Source: Planctomycetota bacterium
GTDB taxonomy: Bacteria; Planctomycetota; UBA11346
Reading direction: 5' to 3'
DNA length: 64,000 nucleotides
Assembly (NCBI GenBank): GCA_023150565.1
Contig: JAKLKR010000002.1
Location: 26,757-90,756, forward strand
The notes beneath the pieces were generated by a model. The model was given only the letters and a program-made list of their open reading frames with translations, did no database searches and was not told the DNA's origin. Positions 30,308-41,158 of this stretch are shown in pieces (positions within the stretch are counted from its first letter, which is position 1; each line of letters begins with the position of its first letter). The translations under genes and the position numbers were made by a program.

Positions 30308-31288
30308 TCAGGTGCTTGCTCGCACCACCAGGCGCACCGGCTGCACGTGGTCGCCGGCATCGCCATCGCCGGCCTCGAGCTGGGCCAGGAGGTGGCTGAC
30401 GGCCGCGGTGCCAAGCTCCGCGAACGGCAGGCGCAGCGCGGTTATGCCGCGCAGGGTCACCTCGTCGCTCTGGTCGCAGCAGGCCAGGGCGATCCGCGCG
30501 GGGAGCTGCACCCCGCGCCGCACCAGCTCGGCATGCAGCCAGACCGCGTCCGAGGCGTTGTAGACCACCGCCCCCGCCCGGCCGCCCCCCGACAGCAGGT
30601 GGTCGGCCAGCAGTTCCGGCGGCCCCTCGTGCTCCTCGGTCGGCAGGCCCCGCGCTGCCATCGCCTCCCGGTAGCCCTCCAGCCGGTCCGCCAGGCTGGG
30701 GTGGCCGGAACGGTGGCGGGTGCGCAGATAGGCGATGCGTCGCAGGCCGCGCGCGGCCAGATGCTCGACCAGCAGGCGCGCACCCTGGCGATCGTCAGGA
30801 CGGAAGCGGGCCGCCGGCAGCCTGGCGTTGAGGTTGAGCACCACCGCCGGCAGGCGGTTGTCGGCGAGGATGCGGTCGAGGTGCGCGGGCGGCGGGTCGG
30901 TGAAGACCAGGCCATCCGCCTGCAGCGAGGGGGCCGCCTGCTCCCAGGCGCGGATGCCGCCCGGCAGCGGCATCCAGCTCAGGCGGTAGCCGCGTCCGGC
31001 CAGGGCCGCGGTGACGGCCTCCACCAGGCCATTGTCGAGGCCGGAAAAGCGCGGCGTGGCGGCACCGAACACCAGGGCGATGACATGGGTGCGCGCCCGC
31101 CCCTGGCGCCGCCGGTCGGGGGAGTAGCCCAGCTCCCGGGCCACGGCGACGATGCGCTCGCGGGTGCCGGGGGCGAGATCGCACACCCCGGCGCGCACCG
31201 ACAGCGCCTTGCTCACCGCCGCCTTCGACACCCCTGCCCGGGCGGCGACGGTGGCGATGGTGACGGCGGCTGGATCGCGGCGGGCCAT
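30308..31288 (-). CDS. LacI-family transcriptional regulator
   Basis: N-terminal HTH VTIATVAARAGVSKAAVSKALS. The start is Met82 of the ORF 30308..31531. It has a periplasmic-binding-protein-like effector domain. Confidence 0.85.
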   Translation of the reverse strand: MARRDPAAVTIATVAARAGVSKAAVSKALSVRAGVCDLAPGTRERIVAVARELGYSPDRRRQGRARTHVIALVFGAATPRFSGLDNGLVEAVTAALAGRGYRLSWMPLPGGIRAWEQAAPSLQADGLVFTDPPPAHLDRILADNRLPAVVLNLNARLPAARFRPDDRQGARLLVEHLAARGLRRIAYLRTRHRSGHPSLADRLEGYREAMAARGLPTEEHEGPPELLADHLLSGGGRAGAVVYNASDAVWLHAELVRRGVQLPARIALACCDQSDEVTLRGITALRLPFAELGTAAVSHLLAQLEAGDGDAGDHVQPVRLVVRAST

Positions 31289-31322
31289 GGCTGGCCCAGG
31301 ATACCCTCGGCCGCGGCTCCTG

Positions 31323-32579
31323 TCATCTGGCGGTCGCGGCGAGCCTGCGTTCGAGGTTGAGCAGCGCCCGTCCGCTGTGGTAGGCGGCGAACCAGGCATG
31401 GCCTTTGCTCCCGTCGCCGTGCCCGTCGGCATCCGCCCGCCAGCCGCCATGCTCGGGGTCGGCGAGGTCGCGCTCCACCACCTGCCACAACCCGGCCAGC
31501 CGGTGGCGGTAGATGCCGGTCTCGGCGCCATGGCGGGCGTCCATCAGCAGCAGGCCGTTGATGCCCTCGGCCTGCACCCACCACACCCGCTCCAGGGCGG
31601 TGGCCGGGCCGTAGGCCGGGCCGGCGTCGACGAAGCCGCCGCGGCGCGCGTCCCAGCCGAACTCCAGCGCATGGTCGACCAGGGCGCGCTCGACCGCGCG
31701 CGTGGGCGCATCGTCGCAGCCCAGCGCGCGCGCCGCCTCGTCGAGCAGGAAGGCGGTCTCGAGGTCGTGCCCGAACGAGCACGGCCCGGGCAGCGGACGC
31801 CAGTCGCCGGCAAACCACTGGTGCATGCCGCCCGGGGTGCAGATGCGGTCGCGCACGATGAGGAAGATCTCGCGCAGGCGCGCGCGCACGTCGTCGCCGG
31901 GGTCGGCGGCGGCGAGGGCGGTGAGCGCCTCGAGCAGGTGGATGTGGCAGTTCATGCTGCGCCCGCCATGGCGGCCGCCGATGCGGTCCCAGGTGGTGGC
32001 GCCCGCGGGCGGCGCGAGCGGGGTGCCGTCATCGGCCAGCGCCTCGCGGTAGCCGCCGGCGGCGGGATCGTGCGCATGCGCCTCGATCCAGGCGAAGATC
32101 CGCCGCGCCCGCTCGCGGTGGCGCGGCTCGCCGTCGGCCTCTCCGGCGGCGCACAGGGCGTAGATGGCGAAGGCCATGGCGTAGAGGTGCTTCTCGCCCG
32201 GCAGCGGGCGGCCGGCGGCGTCCGCCTCCCAGTGCAGCCCGCCATGGCGCTCGTCCCAGAAGCGCCGCCACAGCAGGTCGGCGCCGCGCCCGGCGATGGC
32301 GGCGAACTCGGCGCGGCGCGCCGGCCGGTGCAGCGCCACCTGGGCGGCGAACCAGGTCATGCGCGCCTGGAACACCAGGGTGCGGCGCGGCTCCTCGCGC
32401 CGGCTCCAGTCGCGCGCGAAGGCGGCGTGGAACCCGCCGTCGGGGTCGAGGCAGGCGGGGAACCAGGCCGCCACCAGGTGGCGGTCGAGGTGCGCCGCCA
32501 CCGCCGCGGCGGCGGGCAGTGCCGGCTCGGCGCCGGCCAGGCGCCAGGCCAGGACGAGCAGGATCAGCGCTCGCACCAC
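31323..32579 (-). CDS. N-acylglucosamine 2-epimerase (AGE)-superfamily six-hairpin protein (cellobiose/mannose-type 2-epimerase or YihS-like isomerase)
   Basis: KHLYAMAFAIYAL, NCHIHLLEAL, WWVQAEGINGLL and KGHAWFAAYHSGRALLN. A GTG start is assumed at 32579 (overlapping the upstream hydrolase end by 16 nt). A later start is possible. Confidence 0.7.
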   Translation of the reverse strand: MVRALILLVLAWRLAGAEPALPAAAAVAAHLDRHLVAAWFPACLDPDGGFHAAFARDWSRREEPRRTLVFQARMTWFAAQVALHRPARRAEFAAIAGRGADLLWRRFWDERHGGLHWEADAAGRPLPGEKHLYAMAFAIYALCAAGEADGEPRHRERARRIFAWIEAHAHDPAAGGYREALADDGTPLAPPAGATTWDRIGGRHGGRSMNCHIHLLEALTALAAADPGDDVRARLREIFLIVRDRICTPGGMHQWFAGDWRPLPGPCSFGHDLETAFLLDEAARALGCDDAPTRAVERALVDHALEFGWDARRGGFVDAGPAYGPATALERVWWVQAEGINGLLLMDARHGAETGIYRHRLAGLWQVVERDLADPEHGGWRADADGHGDGSKGHAWFAAYHSGRALLNLERRLAATAR

Positions 32580-33892
32580 ACCACGCTCCGCGCGGGAAGG
32601 GTGCGCGCGCCGCCGGGCAGGACCACCGCCACCGGCTCGGGCGCGAGGTTGATCGCCAGCAGCGTGCGCGGCGAGGCCAGCACCTGCACGCGCGCATCCG
32701 CGCACTGCGCGGCGACGATGGGCGTGCCGGCGCCGAAGCAGCGGTTGAAGCCGGTGAAGACCGCGTGGTGGGGCAGGGGCGCACCGCCCTCGGCCTGGCG
32801 CACATCGCCCACCAGGCCGTGCGGGCACTCGCCCGCCACCGGGTTCCACAGCAGGGCCACCGAGGCGCCGCCCAGCACCATGCGCCGGTAGATCTCGGCG
32901 TAGGCGCAGGCGGTGTCCTCCGCGTTCGAGCCCTTGGCCAGGCCGCTGTAGTATTCCGACCACCACAGCGGCAGGCCGCTGGCCGCCACCAGCTGCTCGC
33001 TGGCGGTCTGCCACGAGCCGAGCAGGGCGAAGCGCTCGTCGGCGGTGTAGGGATGCTTGTCGTGGAAGCTCACCGTGCCGCGGTCGGCGCAGATGAAGTC
33101 GGCGCCATGCTTGTGCGCCAGCCAGTAGGCGAGGGTGGCGCGGTTGCGCGCGGTGAGCGGCGGCGCGGCCAGCGCCCCCGCGGCCCCGGGCACGATGCCG
33201 GCCGAGCCTGTGCCCTCGACCACCAGGTAGAAGCCGCCCACGCGGATGGCGGGATCGTGCGCCTTGATGCGGTCGTAGACCGCGTTGTAGAGCGCGGTGT
33301 AGCCCTCGGCGTCCCAGTCGTTGGCCGCGCGGTTCCAGTAGCCCTTGAACTCGTTCCACACCTGCACGTGGCGCACCCGGGGGTGGCGGCGCACCGCCTC
33401 CAGGCAGAGGGCGGCGAAGTCGTCCACATGCTCGGGGGCGACCCGGCGCTCCATCTCCCAGTCCTTGCCCCCGACCTTCATCCAGCCGGGGGCGGTGCAC
33501 AGGGTGAGCACCGGCTCGCCGCCCAGGCGGCGCGCCTGCTCCAGGCGCGCGTCCAGGCTGTCCCAGGCGTACACCCCGGGGGCGGGATTGGGGTTGTCGA
33601 CCCCCCAGCCCATGAGGTGGACGTTGACGTAGCGCGCCACCCCGGCCAGGGCCTCGGCCGCGCGCGCCGCCGCCGCCGGCTGGGCGCCCTTGGCGTCGTG
33701 GCCGAGGTGGGTGAGGCTCACGCCCAGCTCGAGCCGGCTGGTGCACAGCACGCGGCCATCGTCGATGGCGATCGCCGCCGCGGCCGGCGGCGGCGGCGAT
33801 GACGGGGCGGCGGGACGCGGCTGGTCGGCGGTGGTGGAGGCGCAGCCGGCGAGCAGGGCGCCGGCGAGCAGGCCGAGGACGGGACGGGGCAT
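32564..33892 (-). CDS. Lipoprotein glycoside hydrolase, clan GH-A (GH39/GH79-like)
   Basis: Lipobox LLAGALLAGCAS. VNVHLMGWGVDNPNP. VQVWNEFKGYW (NEP-type acid/base motif). The start is Met188 of the ORF 32564..34453. It lies 14 nt downstream of a DUF1559 gene. Confidence 0.7.
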   Translation of the reverse strand: MPRPVLGLLAGALLAGCASTTADQPRPAAPSSPPPPAAAAIAIDDGRVLCTSRLELGVSLTHLGHDAKGAQPAAAARAAEALAGVARYVNVHLMGWGVDNPNPAPGVYAWDSLDARLEQARRLGGEPVLTLCTAPGWMKVGGKDWEMERRVAPEHVDDFAALCLEAVRRHPRVRHVQVWNEFKGYWNRAANDWDAEGYTALYNAVYDRIKAHDPAIRVGGFYLVVEGTGSAGIVPGAAGALAAPPLTARNRATLAYWLAHKHGADFICADRGTVSFHDKHPYTADERFALLGSWQTASEQLVAASGLPLWWSEYYSGLAKGSNAEDTACAYAEIYRRMVLGGASVALLWNPVAGECPHGLVGDVRQAEGGAPLPHHAVFTGFNRCFGAGTPIVAAQCADARVQVLASPRTLLAINLAPEPVAVVLPGGARTLPARSVVWCER

Positions 33893-33906
33893 CGCGGCTC
33901 CGGGAG

Positions 33907-34569
33907 CTACTGGTTGAACGACCACCAGGTCTTCCAGTCGGCGCTGGCGGCGCCGCCGGTGATGGTCTCGGCGCGGCGGGTGCATTCGCCGTGCTGGTCG
34001 AGGAAGATGGCGTTGGCCCCGCCGGGATGGCGGCGGCTGGCCATGGTGCGCGGGAACGCCTGGGAGGTCGCCCACGGGTTGCTGTCGAGCTGGGCCCACT
34101 GCCAGGCGCTGCCCTGGGCGTTGGGATTGCCGTCGGCCAGATAGAAGGTGGTCGACGGGTGGCGCGCCTGGGCCAGGCTGCCGGCCCAGGCCTTGGTGGC
34201 GAAGGCGCCCACCGTGCCCGCCTCCCAGTTCATGCCGTAGGCGAATTCCAGGCTGCGCCTGGCCGGGCAGCGCAGGATCGATCCGTCCTGGTAGGACGGC
34301 AGCTGCTCGAGGTAGCCGCCGAGCAGATAGGGCCAGAACTGGGTGTTGAGGTCGGCGGCGGCGTTCTTGTCCTGGGCCGGGCATACCGCGCCATCCCAGT
34401 CGTTGGCATAGCCGAGGGTGGCCAGCCCGAGCTGGCGCAGGCGCGACAGGCACGAGGTCGACTGCGCGGCATCCTTCACCAGGCGCACCGCCGGCAGCAG
34501 CATGCCGGCGAGGATGGCCACGATCGCGACCACCACCAGCAGCTCAATCAGGGTGAAGGCCCTTCGCAT
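33907..34569 (-). CDS. Prepilin-type N-terminal cleavage/methylation domain protein (DUF1559, H-X9-DG)
   Basis: [28 protein letters not shown] and a C-terminal IFLDQHGEC. Confidence 0.85.
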   Translation of the reverse strand: MRRAFTLIELLVVVAIVAILAGMLLPAVRLVKDAAQSTSCLSRLRQLGLATLGYANDWDGAVCPAQDKNAAADLNTQFWPYLLGGYLEQLPSYQDGSILRCPARRSLEFAYGMNWEAGTVGAFATKAWAGSLAQARHPSTTFYLADGNPNAQGSAWQWAQLDSNPWATSQAFPRTMASRRHPGGANAIFLDQHGECTRRAETITGGAASADWKTWWSFNQ

Positions 34570-34627
34570 GCCGTGAGCTTACCCCACGGCATTCCGTTTA
34601 GGAAAGGGTTTAGGAGCGTGCTGGCGA

Positions 34628-37135
<2,508 letters not shown>

Positions 37136-37173
37136 GGGTCGCTCCGGGTCGTTTGGACAGGGGATGCGGTCGT

Positions 37174-37193
37174 CCTGGCGCGGAACGTGCCAA
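37174..37193 (-). promoter_or_regulatory. Sigma-54-like element TTGGCACG-ttcc-GCGCC upstream of lon
   Basis: Perfect -24 TGGCACG with the -12 GC at the correct spacing, about 45 nt upstream of the lon GTG. It is the same GGCACG-N4-GCGC variant found upstream of the REC gene. Confidence 0.3.
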
Positions 37194-37281
37194 TTTCCGA
37201 TGGGTCGTAAACAACCCATCCTGCGCACAAGTTTGCGCAGCGGGGCGCCGCCGGGCAGGCGCGGATGGGTATGATGGCGGC

Positions 37282-38043
37282 ATGGCTGCCACCGCCCGCA
37301 CCGACCGCGCCTTCACCCTCATCGAGCTGCTGGTGGTGATCTCCATCGTGGCGATCCTGGCCGGGATGCTGCTGCCGGCGGTGACCACCGTGCGCAATGC
37401 CGCCCGCAGCGTGGTCTGCGCCACCAACCTGCGTCAGATCGGCATGGCCCAGACCGCCTATGCCGCCGACAACGACCACCTGCTCGCGCCCGGGTATGTG
37501 CTGGTGGGCGGGGTCTATTCGCCCTGCTGGGACCAGCTGGTGATGCCCTACCTGGGCAGCACCCAGGTGCTGTGGTGCCGCGCCAACACCAAGGCCAAGA
37601 CCTACAGCACCGGGCGCTTCTTCGCCTGGGGCGGCGGCGCCACCGAGACCGGCCGGCGCAGCTACGCCGCCATCCACTATGCCGGCGGGGTGGCCAACGG
37701 CGAACTGCAGGCGGTGGGCTGGGCGCTGACCGGGCCGGAACGCTGGGGTTCGGCGGCGCTGGCGCGCATCGACGCCTCGGGCACCGGCCTGTTCACCGAG
37801 AGCTGGGACCAGACCGCCTACTCCGGCATCGCCGGCAGCAACAACAACGAGTTCTGGAGCCCGGCCGGGGTGATCGTGCGCCGCACCATCCACCTCACCG
37901 CCGGCCACCAGGGGCGCGACAACTGGGTGTTCGCCGACGGCCACGTCGGCGCCTTCGCCCCCAACGCCACCTATGGCAGCGGCGGCCCCGGCATCGGGGT
38001 GGTGGACGCCAAGGGCTTCTGGACCACCACCGCCGGGGATTGA
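37282..38043 (+). CDS. Prepilin-type N-terminal cleavage/methylation domain protein (DUF1559, H-X9-DG)
   Basis: [35 protein letters not shown]-terminal [10 protein letters not shown]. The upstream part of the ORF 37153..38043 is low-complexity. Confidence 0.8.
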   Translation: MAATARTDRAFTLIELLVVISIVAILAGMLLPAVTTVRNAARSVVCATNLRQIGMAQTAYAADNDHLLAPGYVLVGGVYSPCWDQLVMPYLGSTQVLWCRANTKAKTYSTGRFFAWGGGATETGRRSYAAIHYAGGVANGELQAVGWALTGPERWGSAALARIDASGTGLFTESWDQTAYSGIAGSNNNEFWSPAGVIVRRTIHLTAGHQGRDNWVFADGHVGAFAPNATYGSGGPGIGVVDAKGFWTTTAGD

Positions 38044-38077
38044 GCGGCGGGGGATTGGAGAATAGCGGACGGCCGCA

Positions 38078-38174
38078 TTCGGAGCGTCGACGCCCACGTC
38101 GACGGAGCCTCTGCTGTGCCGGCCTGGGACCATGGCGGCATCACCGCGGCGTCGACGTGGGCGTCGACGCTCCG
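38078..38174. repeat. Inverted repeat of a 27-30 nt motif TTCGGAGCGTCGACGCCCACGTCGACGGAG (41-nt spacer). Each arm holds a GTCGACG-CCCA-CGTCGAC hairpin.
   Basis: Left arm 38078-38107 and right arm 38148-38174 (reverse complement). An exact 30-nt copy of the motif recurs at 44442-44471. Confidence 0.7.
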
Positions 38175-38222
38175 CAAGAGCCGGCCACGGCAGACCCTCG
38201 TCGGTGAGCAGCCGGCGGCGGC

Positions 38223-39101
38223 TTACCCGCCGGCCGGCAGGCTGCGCCAGGCGCTCGGGGTCAGGCCGTGCACGCGGCGGAAGCTGGCGTGGAAATGGTG
38301 GTCGCTGCTGAAGCCGAGGGCGCGGGCGATGTCCTTGACCGTGCGCCGGGGCTCGGCGCGCAGCAGGCGCGCCGCCTCGCCCAGGCGGTTGCGCAGCAGC
38401 CAGTCCTTGGGCGCCAGCCCGGTGGCGGCCTGGAACAGGTCGCGCAGGCGGCGGCTGGTGACCCCGGCGGCGCGCGCCAGGTCCTCGACCGTCAGCTCGC
38501 CGTGCAGGTCGGCGCGCGCCAGCGCCAGCGGGCGCTCCAGGCGGGCGTCGACCGCCGGCGCCGGACGCAGGCCGCCATGGGCCGCCGCCAGCTCGACCAG
38601 CAGGGCGCGCACGGTGGCGGCGGCATAGGCGGCGCCGTCCTCGCCGCCGTGGTTGAAGGCGCCCACCGCGCGCCGCAGGCGCACCCGCCAGCCTTCCCAT
38701 TCCGGTATCGCCAGCACCGGCCCGCCCAGGCGCGCCAGGAGGTCGCGCCCGGCCCCGTCATGGAGGTGGAGGTGGATCGCCCAGCCATGGAAGCGGCGCT
38801 CGGCCCCGGGGGCGTAGCGCGCCCACTGCGGCCGCCCCGCCGGCAGCACCGCGACCGCGCCGGCGGCGGCCGGGGCGCTGCGGGCGTCGACGCCGAATTC
38901 CAGCCGCGACGACAACGGCAGGTAGAGCAGGCCGTTGGGGATGGTGCGCTCGGCCATCGTCCACCCCGGGCCGAACGACCACCACCAGCAGTGGATCAGG
39001 CGCAGGTGGGCGCCCGCGAGCTCGGCCAGGCCGGGCGCGCCGAGGTCGGCAGCAGGTGTGTTGCGACCCTCGGCCAGCGGCGGGTCGTTTCCGTTTTCCA
39101 T
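38223..39101 (-). CDS. AraC-family transcriptional regulator
   Basis: C-terminal HTH LTVEDLARAAGVTSRRLRDLFQAATGLAPKDWLLRNRLGEAARLLRAEPRRTVKDIARALGFSSDHHFHASFRRVHGLTPSAW. The start is uncertain (39101 or 38957). Confidence 0.75.
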   Translation of the reverse strand: MENGNDPPLAEGRNTPAADLGAPGLAELAGAHLRLIHCWWWSFGPGWTMAERTIPNGLLYLPLSSRLEFGVDARSAPAAAGAVAVLPAGRPQWARYAPGAERRFHGWAIHLHLHDGAGRDLLARLGGPVLAIPEWEGWRVRLRRAVGAFNHGGEDGAAYAAATVRALLVELAAAHGGLRPAPAVDARLERPLALARADLHGELTVEDLARAAGVTSRRLRDLFQAATGLAPKDWLLRNRLGEAARLLRAEPRRTVKDIARALGFSSDHHFHASFRRVHGLTPSAWRSLPAGG

Positions 39102-39157
39102 ACCGTGCTTCCGAGTCTGGGCATGGCCGGCGGCGGTCCAGGCGCTAGCCTCGGGCC

Positions 39158-40153
39158 ATGCCCGTCATCGCCCTCACCCACCCGGAATCGGAGCTGCCGC
39201 GCTTCTTCGCCCCCGAGGACCTGGCGCGCCTGCGCGCGGTGGCCGAGCTGCGGGTGGCGGGGCGGCCGGGCGACCCCGGCTTCGCCCCGGCGGTGGCGGC
39301 GGCCGACATCCTGCTCGGCTCGTGGGGCATGCCGCGGCTCGACCCCGCCTTCCTCGCCGGCGCCCCGCGCCTGCGCGCGGTGTGCTATGCCGCCGGTTCG
39401 GTGAAGGGTTTCGTCACCGACGCCTCCTATGCCCGCGGCATCACCGTCACCACCGCCATGCACGCCAACGCGGTGCCGGTGGCCGAGGTCACCCTGGCCC
39501 TGATCATCCTGGCCGGGAAGCAGTGGTTCCGCTGCCAGGACCTGATCCGCGCCCACGGCCGCGCCGGCTTCGACTTGGCGCATGCGGTCGATCACAGCGG
39601 CAACTTCGCCATCACCGTCGGCCTGGTGGGCTTCGGCGCCATCGCCCGCCTGGTGCAGGAGCGCCTGCGCGCGCTGGATGTGCGCACCCTGGTGCACGAT
39701 CCCCACGCCGGCGAGGCCGCCATCCGCGCCGCCGGGGCCGAGCCCGCCACCCTCGACCAGCTGGCGCGCGGATGCGAGGTGGTGAGCGTGCACGCCCCCG
39801 ACATCGACGCCACCGCGGGCATGTTCGGCGCCGCGTTCTTCGCCGCGATGAAGGACGGCGCCGCCTTCATCAACACCGCCCGCGGCCGCCTGGTCGACGA
39901 GCCGGCGCTGATCGCCGCCCTGCGCGGCGGCCGCATCCACGCCTACCTCGACGTCACCCACCCCGAGCCGCCGGCCGCCGACAGCGAGCTGTACCGCCTG
40001 CCCAACTGCTGGCTGACCCCGCACCGCGCCGGCTCGTCGGCGGGCGAGATCCGGCGCATGGGCCGGCTGGCGGTGGACGAAGCATTGCGCGTGCTCGCCG
40101 GCGAGCCGCCGCGCCACGCGGTCAGCCAGGCCCAGCTCGCCACCATGGCGTGA
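39158..40153 (+). CDS. D-isomer-specific 2-hydroxyacid dehydrogenase family protein
   Basis: NAD Rossmann GLVGFGAIARLV. Catalytic region ...INTARGRLVDEPALIAAL...LDVTHPEP...TPH. Confidence 0.8.
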   Translation: MPVIALTHPESELPRFFAPEDLARLRAVAELRVAGRPGDPGFAPAVAAADILLGSWGMPRLDPAFLAGAPRLRAVCYAAGSVKGFVTDASYARGITVTTAMHANAVPVAEVTLALIILAGKQWFRCQDLIRAHGRAGFDLAHAVDHSGNFAITVGLVGFGAIARLVQERLRALDVRTLVHDPHAGEAAIRAAGAEPATLDQLARGCEVVSVHAPDIDATAGMFGAAFFAAMKDGAAFINTARGRLVDEPALIAALRGGRIHAYLDVTHPEPPAADSELYRLPNCWLTPHRAGSSAGEIRRMGRLAVDEALRVLAGEPPRHAVSQAQLATMA

Positions 40154-40163
40154 AAGAAGACAA

Positions 40164-41006
40164 ATGGCCCTGATCTCCTTCTGCTGTTCCTCGGCGCCCT
40201 GGCTGCCGCTGCCGGCGCTGCTCGACCACGCCGCCGGCTACGACGGGGTCGAGCTGGGGGTGAAGCCGGCGCGCTTCGATGCCGGGCAGCCGGTCGGCTT
40301 CTGGAGCAACAACGCCGCGCTCATCGCCAGCGACGGGCTCGAGGCGGCGCTGCCCGCCACCGCCGCCGCGCTCGCCGCGCGCAACCTGCGCTGCGCCCTG
40401 CTGTCGAGCTACCACGACGCCGCCGACCACGCCTTCCACCGCCGCGCCGCCGCCGCCGCGCGCGCGCTCGGCTGCGGCCTGGTGCGCGCCACCGTGCCGG
40501 GGCCGGCCGCCGACGCGCGCGCCCAGCTCGCGCAGCTGCGCCGCGAGTGGGCCGAGCTGGCGCGCATCGGCGCCGGCGAGGGGGTGCGCTTCGTGGCCGA
40601 GCTGCACGACCACACCGCCACCCCCTCCGCCGGCACCGCCCTGCGCCTGCTCGACTGCCTCGATCCGGGCGCGGTGGGGGTGATCTGGGACATCGCCAAC
40701 ACCTGCGGCGAGGGCAACGAGGCCATCCCCCTGGCGCTGTCCCTGCTCGGCCCCTACCTGGCGCACGTGCACGTGAAGCAGCGCAGCTACCGGGTGGCCG
40801 AGCAGCCCGACCGCCGGCTGTCGCGCCTGGCGATGGACATCGTGCCCCTGCCCGGCGAGGGCCACGTGCCCTGGCGCGCGATCGGCGCCGCGCTCGCCGC
40901 CGCCGGCTACGCCGGCTGGTGGTCGCTCGAGGACTTCACCCGCCTCGAACAGGGCCCGTCGCGCCTGGCCGCCGACCTCGCGTGGGCGCGCACTACCCTG
41001 CCCTGA
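40164..41006 (+). CDS. Sugar phosphate isomerase/epimerase (xylose-isomerase-like TIM barrel)
   Basis: 280 aa. AP-endonuclease-2/xylose-isomerase-like pattern (VELHDH..., GVIWDIANT, HVHVKQ). Confidence 0.65.
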   Translation: MALISFCCSSAPWLPLPALLDHAAGYDGVELGVKPARFDAGQPVGFWSNNAALIASDGLEAALPATAAALAARNLRCALLSSYHDAADHAFHRRAAAAARALGCGLVRATVPGPAADARAQLAQLRREWAELARIGAGEGVRFVAELHDHTATPSAGTALRLLDCLDPGAVGVIWDIANTCGEGNEAIPLALSLLGPYLAHVHVKQRSYRVAEQPDRRLSRLAMDIVPLPGEGHVPWRAIGAALAAAGYAGWWSLEDFTRLEQGPSRLAADLAWARTTLP

Positions 41007-41030
41007 ACCCCCTGGCGGTCAGCTCCTCTT

Positions 41031-41068
41031 CCCTGGGAGCGCCGGGCTCCAGCCCGGCGCTCCCAGGG
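41031..41068. repeat. 38-bp perfect palindrome CCCTGGGAGCGCCGGGCTCC/AGCCCGGCGCTCCCAGGG (collapsed copy of a miniature inverted-repeat element)
   Basis: Shares both termini with the elements at 50950-51065 and 54061-54136. Flanked by TCTT on the left and GCGTC on the right, as are the other copies. Confidence 0.8.
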
Positions 41069-41158
41069 GCGCGTCTGCCTGTTCGAGAGGTTCGCGCGAT
41101 TGCTCAACGCCCTAAGCCGATCCCCGAGGCCGCGATTGTGGCCTCGTTCCTGCCGATA

